Shown piece by piece: positions 1 to 11,469 of a stretch of 64,000 nt of DNA. Origin of the DNA: Pristiophorus japonicus. Lineage: Eukaryota. A model generated the notes under the pieces. The model was not told where the DNA came from. It saw nothing but the letters and a program-made list of their open reading frames with translations, and searched no databases. The DNA is taken from NCBI RefSeq assembly GCF_044704955.1, contig NC_091982.1:146630001-146694000 (forward strand). Reading direction: 5' to 3'. How positions within the stretch are numbered: the first letter of the stretch is position 1; every line of letters begins with the position of its first letter. Both the position numbers and the translations under genes were made by a program.

Positions 1-305
1 TAGATTGTAAATAGTTGAGGCCCCAGCACCGATCCCTGCGGCACCCCACTAGTTACTGGTTGCCAACCGGAAAATGATCCATTTATCCCGACTCTGTTTT
101 CTGTTAGTTAGCCAATCCTCTATCCATGCTAATATATTACCCCCAACCCCGTGAGCTTTTATCTTGTGCAGTAACCTTTTATGTGGCATCTTATCGAATG
201 CCTTCTGGAAATCCAAATACACCACATCCACTGGTTTCCCCTTATCTACCCTGCTCGTTACATCCTCAAAAAGCTCCAGCAAATTTGTCAAACATGATTT
301 CCATT
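1..305 (-). mobile_element. CR1-type LINE fragment (RT region), cut by window edge
   Basis: Translation TNLLELFEDVTSRVDKGKPVDVVYLDFQKAFDK matches the other CR1 RT copies in the window. Confidence 0.9.
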
Positions 306-504
306 AAATATTTAATGGAGTTGTTGACCAATCACAGCCATCAATCTCGATCAATGAGTCTACAACAGAGCCAGACATGAGGTGAGGAAAACCCCAGTGG
401 TGGAGAGCTTTGGGAACCTTGGGTCCACAGTCACCTGTTCCTCTCAAGCACGCTACACTCACCACACGTTAAGTCTCAAATTACTCATCAGATAAAAAAG
501 AAAA

Positions 505-692
505 AAAAGACTTGCATTTATATAGCGCTTTTCACGACTTCAAAATATCTCAAAGCACTTTACAGTCAATGAAGTACTTTTGGAGTGTAGTCACTGTTGT
601 AATATGGGAAATGCAGCAGCCAATTGCGCACAGCAAGCTCCCACAAACATCAATGTTATAATGACCAGATTATCTGTTTTGCTATGTTGATA
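505..692 (-). mobile_element. 3' part of Deu-domain SINE
   Basis: Reverse complement of the tail of the full copy at 45742-46182. Confidence 0.8.
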
Positions 693-1479
693 AAATAGAT
701 TTTATCAATGTCAATGGAAGCACTGAGTATTTCTGTATCTATTTCAGAGGAACAGATTCTGTGAGGTGTTGTTCAGGGCGAGTTAGAGGGAATGCTGTTG
801 CGAGGAGGGGGTGCTGTGATATGGAAGTGAGGAAGGTGGAAGAGAAGCATAGCTTCACCAAAATGATTTCGGAAGAAGTTTCTAAGAGTTCTGCTTAAAG
901 GCTGTGAAGATAATTGCTTTCTGATTGGCTACTGGAAAAGATACTGTGTTTGCTTTGCTCACCTCAGATCGAATCTAGGTGCACGGGGCACAATTTCACA
1001 ATTTGCAGATGACATGAAACTTGGAAATATAGTGAAGAGTGAGGAGGGTAGATGTGCCCGTGGTCAGGTGCTCCTTACATGTTTAAAAGGTGAGACTTTG
1101 CGCATCTTGGGTGAGTACAGCCCCGGGAGTAGGCATTCAAGATTGAATTGATCCAGGTTAGCAGACTGGTAGCTCCGAGATTGTTCTTTTTGGCATATTG
1201 AAGATAGCTTGTTTACAGGACTTTATGACCTGTTTCACTGTTGAATCGGTGACTTATCAATAAAGCCTATCGAAAAGGACAATTGTGTGGAGTGACTTCA
1301 GCGAGCACTCCAAACCAAAATATAAACAAACAGTTTAAAGATCGATCTGATAAATTAGTTTAACAACTGTGAATGGCCGGTCTTTCTGTCAATCATTAAA
1401 TATTCTGGGAGTTGTTGATACAAATGCATATTGGAAAATGCAGCACCCCATGTTGCTATGGTAAGCCCAGTGGATGGCT

Positions 1480-2790
1480 TCTCTTCTTAGGCAGTTCCTC
1501 GGAGTCGAGGACGACTTGCTTCCACACTAACAATGAGTTCTCAGATGACTGGTGAGACCAATGCGGGACCTACAGTCTCTGTCACAGTGGCGCAGACAGT
1601 GGTTGAAGGGACGGGTGGATGGGGAGCCTGGGTTGCCGCGCACTCCTTCCGCTGTCGACGCTTGGCTTCAGCTTACTCTCAGCGAAGAGACTCAAGGTGT
1701 TCCCGGATGCTTTTCCTCCACTTTGAGCAGTCTTGGGCCAGGGATTCCTAGGTGTCGATGGGGATGTTGCACTTTTTCAAGGAGGCTTTGTCCTTGAAGC
1801 ATTTCCTCTGCCCACCTGGGGCCCGCTTTCCTTGTCGGAGTGCTGAGTAGAGCGCCTGTTTTGGGAGTCTTGTGTCGGGCATGCGGACGACGTGGCCCGC
1901 CCAACGGAGCTGATTGAGCGTAGTCAATGCTTTGATGCTGGGGATGTTGGCCTGAGCGAGAACACTGACATTGGAGCGCCTATCCTGCCAATGGATTTGC
2001 AGGATCTTCCGGAGGCAGCGTTGATGGTACTTCACCAGTGCTTTGAGATGTCTGCTGTGCATAGTCCATAACTCTGAAGCATATAGGAGGGCGGGCATCA
2101 CTACAGCCCTGTAGACCATGAGCTTGGTGCTGGGTTTGAGATCCTCGTCTTTGAACATTCTTTTCCACAGGCGACTGAAGGCTGTGCTGGCACACTGAAG
2201 GTGATGTTGGACTTTGTCATCGACATCTGCCCTTGTTGACAGCAGACTCCCGAGGTATAGGAAATGGTCCAAGGCTTCTTCGTGGATTTTGATAATCAGG
2301 GAGCAGTGTTGTGTGGCGGAAGGAGGTTGGTAGAGGACCTTTGTCTTACGGGTGTAAGGCCCATGCTTTCGGAGCCCTCGGTGAAGGTGTTGACAATGGC
2401 TTGGAGTTTGGCCTCCGAGTGTGCGCAGATGCAAGCGTCGTCTACGTACTGTAGTTCAATGACAGAGGATGGGACAACTTTGGATCTGGCCTGGAAACAG
2501 CAGAGGTTGAACAGTTTCCCGTTTGTTCTGTAGATTATCTCCACTCCAGCGGGAAGTTTACTGACAGTGAGATGGAGCATTGCAGCGAGGAAGATCGAGA
2601 AGAGCGTTGGTGCGATGACACAGCCCTGTTGACCCAGTCCGAATGTGAATTAGGTCTGTAGTGGATCCGTTGGTCAGGGTCACGGCTTGCATGTCATTGT
2701 GAAGCAGGCCCAGGATAGTTACAAATTTTTAAGGGCAGCTGAATTTGAGGAGGACACTCCATAATCCCTCACAGTTGACAGCGTCTACAA
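1480..2790 (-). mobile_element. RTE-clade LINE, 5'-truncated and frameshifted
   Basis: ORFs contain ELQYVDD (YADD-like), FLYLGS and LRWAGHVVRMPDTRLPKQ; the 3' tail matches the other RTE copies. Confidence 0.9.
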
Positions 2791-2917
2791 ATCCAAAATT
2801 GGCAGTCAGCGGGAACTACCAACAATAAAAGGAGAAGGGAACCAATTAAATCACTCCATATTTTGTGTTTGGTTGCCACATTGCTTTCCCCACCAAGCTG
2901 ATGGCTTGTAACATAAT

Positions 2918-3653
2918 GGCCCTGAAATTCCAGCCTCCCCGGCTCCGTACGAAGTTTCTACGGACCCGGGAAGGCATCTGAAAAAACGGCTTTTCCGATC
3001 TGTCAAGCTGGAGCCTGACAGATCTTCTGCATCTCGGGAGCGAGGACATTTGCAAGGGCAAGATGGCGGGATTTACCCATATCTTGCCCGGCAAATGTCC
3101 TCAAAACTCTTGCGCCTGATAAAAGCAGTCACATAGCCTACTTTTACAGGTGTAAGAGTTTAAAAACATACAAAAATATAATTAAATTTAAATTTAAAAA
3201 CACGTATTATTTTAAAAACTCTGCCCACTACGTTACATTTATTTTTAACCATAATTTTAAAAAACGTTTTAAAAACTCGGGGAAAACAAATTTCTCTCAG
3301 ATATTTATTAACTTTAATTTCAATTATGTGAGGTGTGTTTTTTATTTTTTATTACCTGTGTGTCGTATCTTTGCTATTAATGAAAAAAAAACAATGAGAA
3401 CTTGTAGATACGGAGTTCCCATTGCTATTAATGAGAAAGCTGCGGAATACTGTACCTGATTGGCTGGGCAGTCACACGTGACTGCACCGTCTCCGTGGGA
3501 ACCTGGAGGACAGGAGCGTGCTTCGCAGTGCGGGAAGAGAAGGCCTCCCCACCGGAGTCATACGCTCCTCCAGGACCACCAGGTAAATTTGTAGAAATGT
3601 TTCAGGTCGGAGGCAATTGCCCACAGGAAGCCTCCGACCGCAATTTCAGGGCC
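2918..3653. mobile_element. PIF/Harbinger-like MITE
   Basis: TIRs GGCCCTGAAATT...AATTTCAGGGCC; 3-bp direct repeat AAT on both flanks (2915-2917, 3654-3656); no coding capacity. Confidence 0.8.
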
Positions 3654-4124
3654 AATTTAAGAACATAAAAATGACAATATTTACAAGAAAATGATTAAAG
3701 CCCCCAACGCCGGAGCAGTCGTTGTGTTTGAAGTGCCCGTAACAAGATTCTCCATCAGAAGCCTGTGCATCTCTGAGAAACCCATGGCTTGATTTCCAGG
3801 CTCTTTGGTTGTGGGCATCCCAAGCAATGGAGTCCAGAGGGCATTAAGTGTCATCCACTGAGTGGATCAGTTAGGTTTTCACAACAGTCCAGCAGTTTTC
3901 ATGGTCATTCATCATCATCATCTGGTGCTGGCCCTCAAATGACCAGATGTTTTGAGATTGATGTTGCAATTTGCCTGCTGTAATTTGAAGTCAGGATCTC
4001 TGGATTTCCAGTGCAGTACCAGAACTACTAGCCAACATAGGATGCTGCATTTTCCAATATGCATTGGTACCGACAACCTTCATCTCTTGCCCCTTTGTTG
4101 AAGGTTGGATACACGGGAAGACAG

Positions 4125-4900
4125 AAGAACTTAAGAAATAGGAGCAGGAATAGGCCATTTGGCCCCTCGAGCCTGCTCCGCTATTCAATAAGATCACGGT
4201 TGATCTGATCCTGGACTCAGCTCCACTTCCCTGCCTGCTCCACCATAACCCTTTACTCCCTTTATCGCTCAAAAATCTGTCTATCTCCACCTTAAATATA
4301 TTCAATGACCCAGCCTCCACAGCTCTCTGGGGCAGAAAATTCCATAGATTTACAACCCTTTGAGAAGAAATTTCTCCTCATCTCAGTTTTAAATCGGCAG
4401 CCCCTTATTCTAAGACTATGTCCCCTAGTTTTAATTTCCCCTATGAGTGGAAATATCCTCTCTGCATCCACCTTGTCGAGCTCCCCCATTACCTTATAAG
4501 TTTCTATAAGATCACCTCTCATTCTTCTGAACCCCAATGAATATAGGCCCAACCTACTCAACCTATCTTCATAAGTCAACCCTCTCATCTCTGGAATCAA
4601 CCTCGTGAACCTTCTCTGAACAACCTCCAATGCAAGTATATCCTTCCTTAAATACGGAGACCAAAACTGTACACGGTACTCCAGGTGTGGCCTCATCAAT
4701 ACCCTGTAGGTTGTAGCATGACTTCTCTGCTTTTATACTCTTTCCCCCTTGCAATAAAGGCCAACATTCCATTTGCCTTCCTGAATATTTGCTGTACCTG
4801 CATACTAACTTTTTATGTTTCATGCACAAGGACCCTCTGTACTGCAGCACGTTGCAATTTTTTTCCATTTAAATAATAACTTGCTCTTTGATTTTTTCCT
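4125..4900 (-). mobile_element. CR1-type LINE 3' fragment
   Basis: RPHLEYRVQFWSPYLRKDI...RGDLIETYK C-terminal ORF2 motif plus the family 3' UTR. Confidence 0.9.
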
Positions 4901-5336
4901 GCAGAGGCAGAGCATCACCGTTCAGCTCATCCCATCAGGCAAGTCCATGGCCCACGTTTCCCTCACGCCCACCGACACCTGTTGCTCTTGGACATTCAGT
5001 ACCATTCCCCTCTCCTGGCATCACCGGCCCCACTGCCCACCCTCACCCTCTGCCCATTCTCTGAAATTGTATTGAATAATAGGTGCACCTGGACCAGCCC
5101 ACTCCCACCATCAAGCCCTCTAAAGTATAATGACATTCACTATCTGTTGTCTTTATTTCATTCCATAATCCATCTTGGGTCTCGCTCATCTCTCCCCCTA
5201 CCCCTCCCAACCGCTCCTCTCACTCACCGGATTGCAGGCCTGCTAAAAAAATGGTCGTATATACATTTCCGGACAATATCACAGTGATGGGATGTAATCA
5301 TCTAGAGCATTGCAGAAATTCACCCCGCCCCTACAT

Positions 5337-5547
5337 TGTTACGTATGTAAACTTTATTAGTGTGTAAGACTTGCCACCAGGGGGCGAACCTGTGGGAGAC
5401 CTAAGGGTCACCTGCACACTCCGGGCAAGCAGGTATAAAAGGCAGTCCACCATGCTGCCTCCTCACTCTGGAATTACATTAAAGAGACCAAGGTCACAAC
5501 AGTTTGAGCTTACAATATTCAGTCATGCAATTACTCTGAACATAACA
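5337..5547 (+). mobile_element. short solo LTR in AQP12 intron 1
   Basis: TGTTA...TAACA termini, TATAAAA at 5434-5440, ATTAAA at 5478-5483. TSD is degenerate (TACAT/TATAC). Same layout as the LTR at 19563-19815. Confidence 0.65.
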
Positions 5548-5647
5548 TATACCTTCCCTGATCCTTCCCCTCCCCATCTTCCCACTCTCCTCGAGCAGTT
5601 TGATGGATCATACATTATACGTGTATAATGCTTTCGAAGACTCTCAC

Positions 5648-6254
5648 CTATGTGCACCAGGACAGAGATGGTTAGGGCTTTGGCCAGGATCCTGTATCCA
5701 AAAGCTACTCCCTCGAATCTCATCACAACTAGGTGGAACAGGAAGGCACAAGCCGCTTCGACAAAGGCTGCTTGGCTGACTGATGTCTGGATGGCTGAGC
5801 TGCAGTCCATGTCCATCATGTTCTGGATCAGGTGCAAATCCGTCAGCTCCCAGGACCAGTACAGTTTCGCAGCTGCCTTGGCCAAGTGCATCCCCCCGAA
5901 CTGGGCCGAGATCTTCAGAATGCCGGAGAGCGCAGCACAGTTGGAGCGGAGCAGTCCCTGAACGGTGACCAGCGGGTTGGCCTCAGCTCCGTCGAACGTG
6001 GCTTCGTGGATCGAGTAAAGGAGAAACAGCAGAGTCATCACCACGTCCATCCCAAACCCACCGCCCCATGGCCCGATAATGACCAACATCTGCAGCTCAA
6101 ACCAGCAGGCCCCCAGTTGGAAACACGAGGCCAGCTCCACCAGTAAGCTGGAGTAGACCTTCAGTGGCAGAAGCTTTTTGGAGATCCTCCTGATCACCTC
6201 ACACAAAGCCACAACAGCAAAGAAATACCCGAAGGAGACATTGAGACCAGCCAT
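5648..6254 (-). CDS. AQP12: Aquaporin-12 (unorthodox aquaporin), coding exon 1
   Basis: MAGLNVSFGYFF...GPWGGGFG...FDGAEANPL...YWSWELTDLHLIQ...CSSAIQTSV...VEAACAFLFHL closely resembles vertebrate AQP12. ATG at 6254-6252; phase-1 donor G|GTGAG after 5648. The downstream exons, including the second NPA, were not found in the window. Confidence 0.93.
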
Positions 6255-6643
6255 AATTTGCTCGAGACCTGATTCTGTGCGGCTTGTCGTTACTTTTAAA
6301 TCAGATGGTATGGTAACGTGTACATTCAACATCAACTCAAGGACAGTACGAATAAATACACGTGTACAAAGCAGCAGTGAGCAGCCGCTGGTCAATTATC
6401 AACTGGGTGTTTACACCTGGCCACGACTGCCTATTTAGAATAATGGCATCGAACTGCAAGTCTGAGGGTTTTTCTCCCAAAGTAGATATTCTGTTCATAA
6501 AACATTAAGGGTGTCGGAATTCCCGTTATAACGTTAGCACCGGTGCTAGGCGGCTAACGGGCAGCAGAGGCCTACCGTCGGCGATAAGCGGCATCCGCGG
6601 CACTGGGGAAATTCAGTCCGCTCTTTGGTCGAGCCACCAAGAG

Positions 6644-6988
6644 ATCATCATCATCATAGGTGGTCCCTTGTATCGAGGATGACTTGCTTCCACGCCAAAA
6701 AAGGTATGAGTTCACAGGTGTTTCAAGGAAGGACCTAATATTCCAGATCCCGAACTATATCCTGAAGGGTGGAAGATGCCTGTGTGTGGATTTTTTTAAC
6801 GTGTGATGGCCGTTGCACACCAGCCACCACACGGGCTTGACAGAGCTAGGCCTTGGTCCAGTGGCAAGGATTGAACCAAGACAACTGGAGACCAGCTCTG
6901 CTGCACGGGCCTAGTGCGCACACATTTCGTAGTGTGGGCTGGCCCGTGCTGCCCCTGGGCCCTCGGCTCTTCTGTGCCCCGAACTCAC
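6644..6988 (-). mobile_element. non-coding retroposon with RTE-type 3' tail
   Basis: Near-identical in reverse to part of 9366-9827; (TGA)n tail preceded by the TGGAAGCAAGTC motif shared with RTE 3' ends. Confidence 0.75.
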
Positions 6989-7194
6989 GCGCCACCCACG
7001 TGGTGACGTCATCCAGCGTGCAATGCCCCCTTGGCGCCACTCCCGCGATATTCGGTTTGTACAGATGCCTAACGGTCAGGCGTCCGTACTGCCCGGGGAA
7101 CATGGAGGGAACATCACGATGCTCGAGCGTATTCACCCAGAGAGCAAGATAAGTTTTGTTCTTTAGCTATTTCATCTTTTCATTCGTTGTGACA

Positions 7195-8510
7195 GTGGGG
7201 AAGTGTGTGTGCGGGTGGGGGGAGTGTGTGTGTGTGGGTGAGGGGAGTGTGTGTGCGCGGGTGGGTGGGGGGAGTGTGTGCGCGGGTGGGTGGGGGGAGT
7301 GTGTGCGCGGAGTGTGTGCGCGGGTGGGGGGGGGGGAGTGTGTGCGCGGGTGGGGGGAGTGTGTGCGCGGGTGGGTGGGGGGAGTGTGCGCGCGAGCGGG
7401 TGGGGGGAATGTGCGAGCGGGTGGGGGGAGTGTGCGCGCGGGTGGGGGGAATGTGCGAGCGGGTGGGGGGAGTGTGCGCGCGCGCGGGTGGGGGGAATGT
7501 GCGCGCGCGCGGGTGGGGGGAATGTGCGCGCGCGCGGGTGGGGGGAGTGCGCGCGCGCGGGTGGGGGGAGTGCGCGCGCGCGGGTGGGGGGAGTGCGCGC
7601 GCGCGGGTGGGGGGAGTGCGCGCGCGCGGGTGGGGGGAGTGCGCGCGCGGGTGGGGGGAGTGCGCGCGCGGGTGGGGGGAGTGCGCGCGCGGGTGGGGGG
7701 AGTGCGCGCGCGGGTGGGGGGGGGAGTGCGCGCGCGGGTGGGGGGGGGAGTGCGCGCGCGGGTGGGGGGGGGAGTGCGCGCGCGGGTGGGGGGGGGAGTG
7801 TGCGCGCGGGTGGGGGGGGAGTGTGCGCGCGGGTGGGGGGGGAGTTTGCGCGCGGGTGGGGGGAGTTTGTCTGTGGGTGGGGGGAGTTTGTGCGTGGGTG
7901 GGGGGAGTTTGTCTGTGGGTGGGGGGAGTTTGTCTGTGGGTGGGGGGAGTTTGTGTGTGGGTGGGGGGAGTTTGTCTGTGGGTGGGGGGAGTTTGAGCGC
8001 GGGTGGGGGGGGGGGAGTTTGAGCGCGGGTGGTGGGAGTTTGTGCGCGGGTGGGGGGAGTTTGTCTGTGGGTGGGGGGAGTTTGTGCGCGGGTGGGGGGA
8101 GTTTGTCTGTGGGTGGGGGGAGTTTGTGCGCGGGTGGGGGGAGTTTGTCTGTGGGTGGGGGGAGTTTGTGCGTGGGTGGGGGGAGTTTGTCTGTGGGTGG
8201 GGGGAGTTTGTCTGTGGGTGGGGGGAGTTTGAGCGCGGGTGGGGGGGGGAGTTTGAGCGTGGGTGGTGGGAGTTTGTCTGTGGGTGGAGGGAGTTTGTGC
8301 GTGGGTGGGGGGAGTTTGTCTGTGGGTGGGGGGAGTTTGTCTGTGGGTGGGGGGAGTTTGTCTGTGGGTGGGGGGAGTTTGTCTGTGGGTGGGGGGAGTT
8401 TGTCTGTGGGTGGGGGGGGAGTTTGAGCGCGGGTGGTGGGAGTTTGTGCGCGGGTGGGGGGAGTTTGTCTGTGGGTGGGGGGAGTTTGTGTGTGGGTGGG
8501 GGGAGTTTGA
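7195..8510 (+). repeat. G-rich minisatellite, ~21-25 bp unit (GGGTGGGGGGAGT + GTGCGCGC or TTGTCTGT)
   Basis: Directly visible tandem units. Confidence 0.97.
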
Positions 8511-8796
8511 GGGTTTTTTCTTTCTTGCCTTTCCTTCCCGTTTTCCAGCGAGCACGGCCTGGCGGTAAAATCAGCACTCGGGCGGTATCGAATTTCGAGC
8601 CCTAAGAACCAACATTTTTTAAATGTCCTACGTGCAGATTCTTTTAAAATTGCATTGCAATACCCATCTCCGAGACGCGGGACTGAGGCAGGGAGTCGAG
8701 ACTGAGAATCAGGGTCTGCCATTGCACTGGGGAAGAGCAGGAAAGTGTGCAACGATACAACAACTTGCATTTATCTAGCACTTTTAACGTAGTAAA

Positions 8797-9042
8797 ACCG
8801 AGGATGGGGAGGTCAGGGTGGGTGTGGAGCGGGGAATTGAAGTGACAGGCGACTGGAAACTCGTAGTTACACTTGCGGACTGAAAGGAGATGTATGTTCT
8901 GCAAAGCAATCGCCCCACTCCCACTCTGACCCCTCTGTCGTTGGCCTCTCACTCAGTTCTAACCCGAAACGTTAACTCGGTTTCTCTCTCCACAGATGCT
9001 GCCTGACCCGCTGAGTGTTTTCAGCAATTCCTGTTTGTATTT
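8797..9042. mobile_element. Penelope-like element remnants (GIY-YIG C-terminal piece and terminal repeat piece)
   Basis: Minus-strand translation HLLSVRKCNYEFPVACHFNSPLHTHPDLPILG, followed by the CCCGAAACGTTAACT...CACAGATGCTGCCTGACCCGCTGAG motif I recognise from shark Penelope termini. Confidence 0.65.
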
Positions 9043-9365
9043 AAGGATATATCAAGACAGATGACCAAAAGCTTGATCAAAGAGAGAGGTTTTAAGGAGC
9101 TTTTCAAAGTAGGAAAGAGAGGTGGAGAGGTAGAGGTTTAGGGAGGGAATTCCAGAGCTTGGGTCTTGGCAGCTAAAGAGTGAAGACTGCGAATGATGCA
9201 TTGTAGAAAGCGGATGGCCGTGAATATCGAGAAGCCCCAAGAGCCAGTGGAAAATGCTGGGAAAGGTGCATCAGTGTGACGTGAAAGATGTACGAGGGTC
9301 TGATGCAGATACCTACTTGGGTTCAATGCCGTTAGTTATTCCTTTAAGGGGTCTCATACTTTTAC

Positions 9366-9827
9366 TTTAGGGAGCAGCGCATGTTGCTGCAGGGGGGGGC
9401 GACGGCTGACTGCAGCGCGGGCAGGTACAACAGGAGCGGCGAGGTCAGGGCGAAGGAGCGGCAAGAGTTCATAGAGGGAAGTGATCGGGGCCCAGGAGAG
9501 GCGAGAGTTTGGGCCCAGAAGAGGCGAGGGCCCAGGGGCAGCACAGGCCAGCCCACACGACAATATGTGTGCACACTGGGCCCATGCAGCAGCGCAGGTC
9601 TCCAGTCGTCTTGGTTAATCTTTGCCACTGGATCAAGACCCAGCTCTGTCAAGCCCGTGTGGTGGCTGGTGTGCAACGGCCACCACACATTAAAAAAAAT
9701 CCACGCACAGGCATCTTCCACCCTTCAAGATTTAGTTCGGGATCCAGAATATTAGGTCCTTCACTGAAACACCTTTTTGGCGTGGAAGCAAGTCATCCTC
9801 GTTTTGAGGGACCACCTATGATGGATA
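9366..9827 (+). mobile_element. non-coding retroposon with RTE-type 3' tail
   Basis: 8-bp TSD ACTTTTAC at 9358-9365 and 9828-9835; GC-rich head and RTE-like tail. Confidence 0.8.
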
Positions 9828-10079
9828 ACTTTTACCGGAGCAGACATTGCCCGAGACCGACTTGTACAGGGGCACAGCCCAGAGATGTTACAGTAACATC
9901 TCCTCGTGATCCAGACCAAATACTCCTGCCTTTGCCACCTGTATTTCTTCAACCTCTCCAAAGCTGGGCCAAGCAACAGCTGGCAAGACTGGACTTGATG
10001 CTAAACCTCCAGCTTGTTTACTTCAGTCACTCGGGACAACAGTTCTGATTGGATTCACTTCTTTGCATCAATATAACTT

Positions 10080-10860
10080 GAGGCCGAAAATCAGGATCGG
10101 GATGAGGCCCGTTACCCCCGTTTTGCGGCGGAATTGAGGGGCCGTCACGACCCAAATTCAGCTCGGGGATTTTTCTGATGGTCCTCACTTCCGCCCCGCT
10201 GCTGCCGCAAGCGCGTCATCGAAGTGTGCACCGCCGCTCCCCCGCACCTCCAGAACAATCCGACCTAAATTCACCTCAACAAATCGCCGATCCAACGCGC
10301 GGTGCCCCCGACACCAACTTCTGTACGTGCACCTTAGCCTGTGCGCACGCAGCGGCCCTTCAAGGGCAGGGCGCACTGCTGCGGCCGCCATGTTTTTATT
10401 TTTGCCGGCCGACTTCCCGATCGGCTGGACAATTATACCCCCGGGTTCGGCCGGGACGCCACCAGGCAGCCCGGCACACCCCCCCCCCCCCCCCCCCCCA
10501 CCCTCTCGGGTGCCAGGTCGCTGGCCCGGCCGAAACCCTCCCTGATGGCCCAGTGGCCGAAGCTAAAAGATCCCCGATTTGCTCCCGTTTAACGGAGGGG
10601 AGAGAGCGTGGTGACGCACACGCGCTGTGACATCACCACCGCTCCGCCGCTGAGTGACAGCGGAGGAGACTCGATCCCACCTCAACCTCCACCCCGCAGC
10701 AGGACTTAACACCACACTTCCGCCCCCAAATGAGCGACTTCCAGTCCGATGTAAAAAACATTTCGAAAGTCCAGAAAATCACTCATTGATCCCAACAGTA
10801 AAACCAGGTAAAAAAAATCATAGGTGGGCCAGCTTTCTGATGTCCCTGAATTTCGGCCCC
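10080..10860. mobile_element. PIF/Harbinger-like MITE
   Basis: TIRs GAGGCCGAAAATCAGG...CCTGAATTTCGGCCCC; CpG-rich interior with a poly-C run; TSD imperfect. Confidence 0.7.
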
Positions 10861-11005
10861 TTTGTCTTTACGCAGTCATTTAAAAGTGATGTAGTGGAGA
10901 GCTCCTCTTAGCACACTACTGCTCCAACTAGTGGACTACTGTGGTAATGCAACTGCTGATGTGACAACAATAAGGGGTCATGTGACAAGTTCCTGTAGCG
11001 ATATC

Positions 11006-11006
<1 letters not shown>

Positions 11007-11036
<30 letters not shown>
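11007..11036. repeat. (TG)n microsatellite
   Basis: Directly visible. Confidence 0.95.
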
Positions 11037-11037
<1 letters not shown>

Positions 11038-11469
11038 TGCTGCACAGAAGATATCACAATGAACAAGATACATTATCCCACTTTGGTGGGCTGCCTTGCT
11101 CAACTGACTAACTGCTCCACATTCTGACTCTGAGTCTGCCTCAGCAGCTTCTGTGTTGCAAAAAATAGACTTTTTTTTTTGATGTCTGTAACTTTGCCTC
11201 ATTCCTGACTTTTCACAGTCAGAAAGTGATCGGAAACCTCCCAACAAAATGGCTGTGATGTATTTATTAATTGTAGACACAAGCTACCAAATTGTCTATT
11301 GCTCACAGTCCATGAGGGTACAATATCGCAGGCTGCTCATCAGCATCTGAATAACCACTGACTCAGGCACACTGGCAGAATATATCGTTTTTAAATACAC
11401 TTTCTGTCCCCACAACAGTCCCGACTCCCTCTCCGTCATTCCGCATGTGGGAACTGCTCAACATGCCCC

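Larger units (their letters stand above)
6509..8602. mobile_element. PIF/Harbinger-like MITE containing an inserted retroposon and a G-rich array
   Basis: Imperfect TIRs GGGTGTCGGAATTC...GAATTTCGAGCCC; TAA on both flanks (6506-6508, 8603-8605); CpG-rich body. Confidence 0.7.

Noticed and set aside
1405-4078. Inverted ~40-bp match between ~1410-1450 and ~4040-4078
   Set aside because: Best explained as two oppositely oriented fragments of a dispersed repeat; no TSD or element-like interior.
5523-6395. 290-aa single-exon aquaporin ORF as given in the track
   Set aside because: It starts at a non-ATG codon and reads through the GTGAG donor at 5647 into the intron; the supported exon is 6254-5648.
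7156-8770. Long Pro-rich and Gly-rich ORFs (up to 532 aa) on both strands
   Set aside because: They are translations of a stop-free G-rich minisatellite, open in nearly all frames.
8955-9042. Possible hammerhead ribozyme in the Penelope terminal remnant
   Set aside because: Only the GAAA half is visible; the CTGANGA core is missing.
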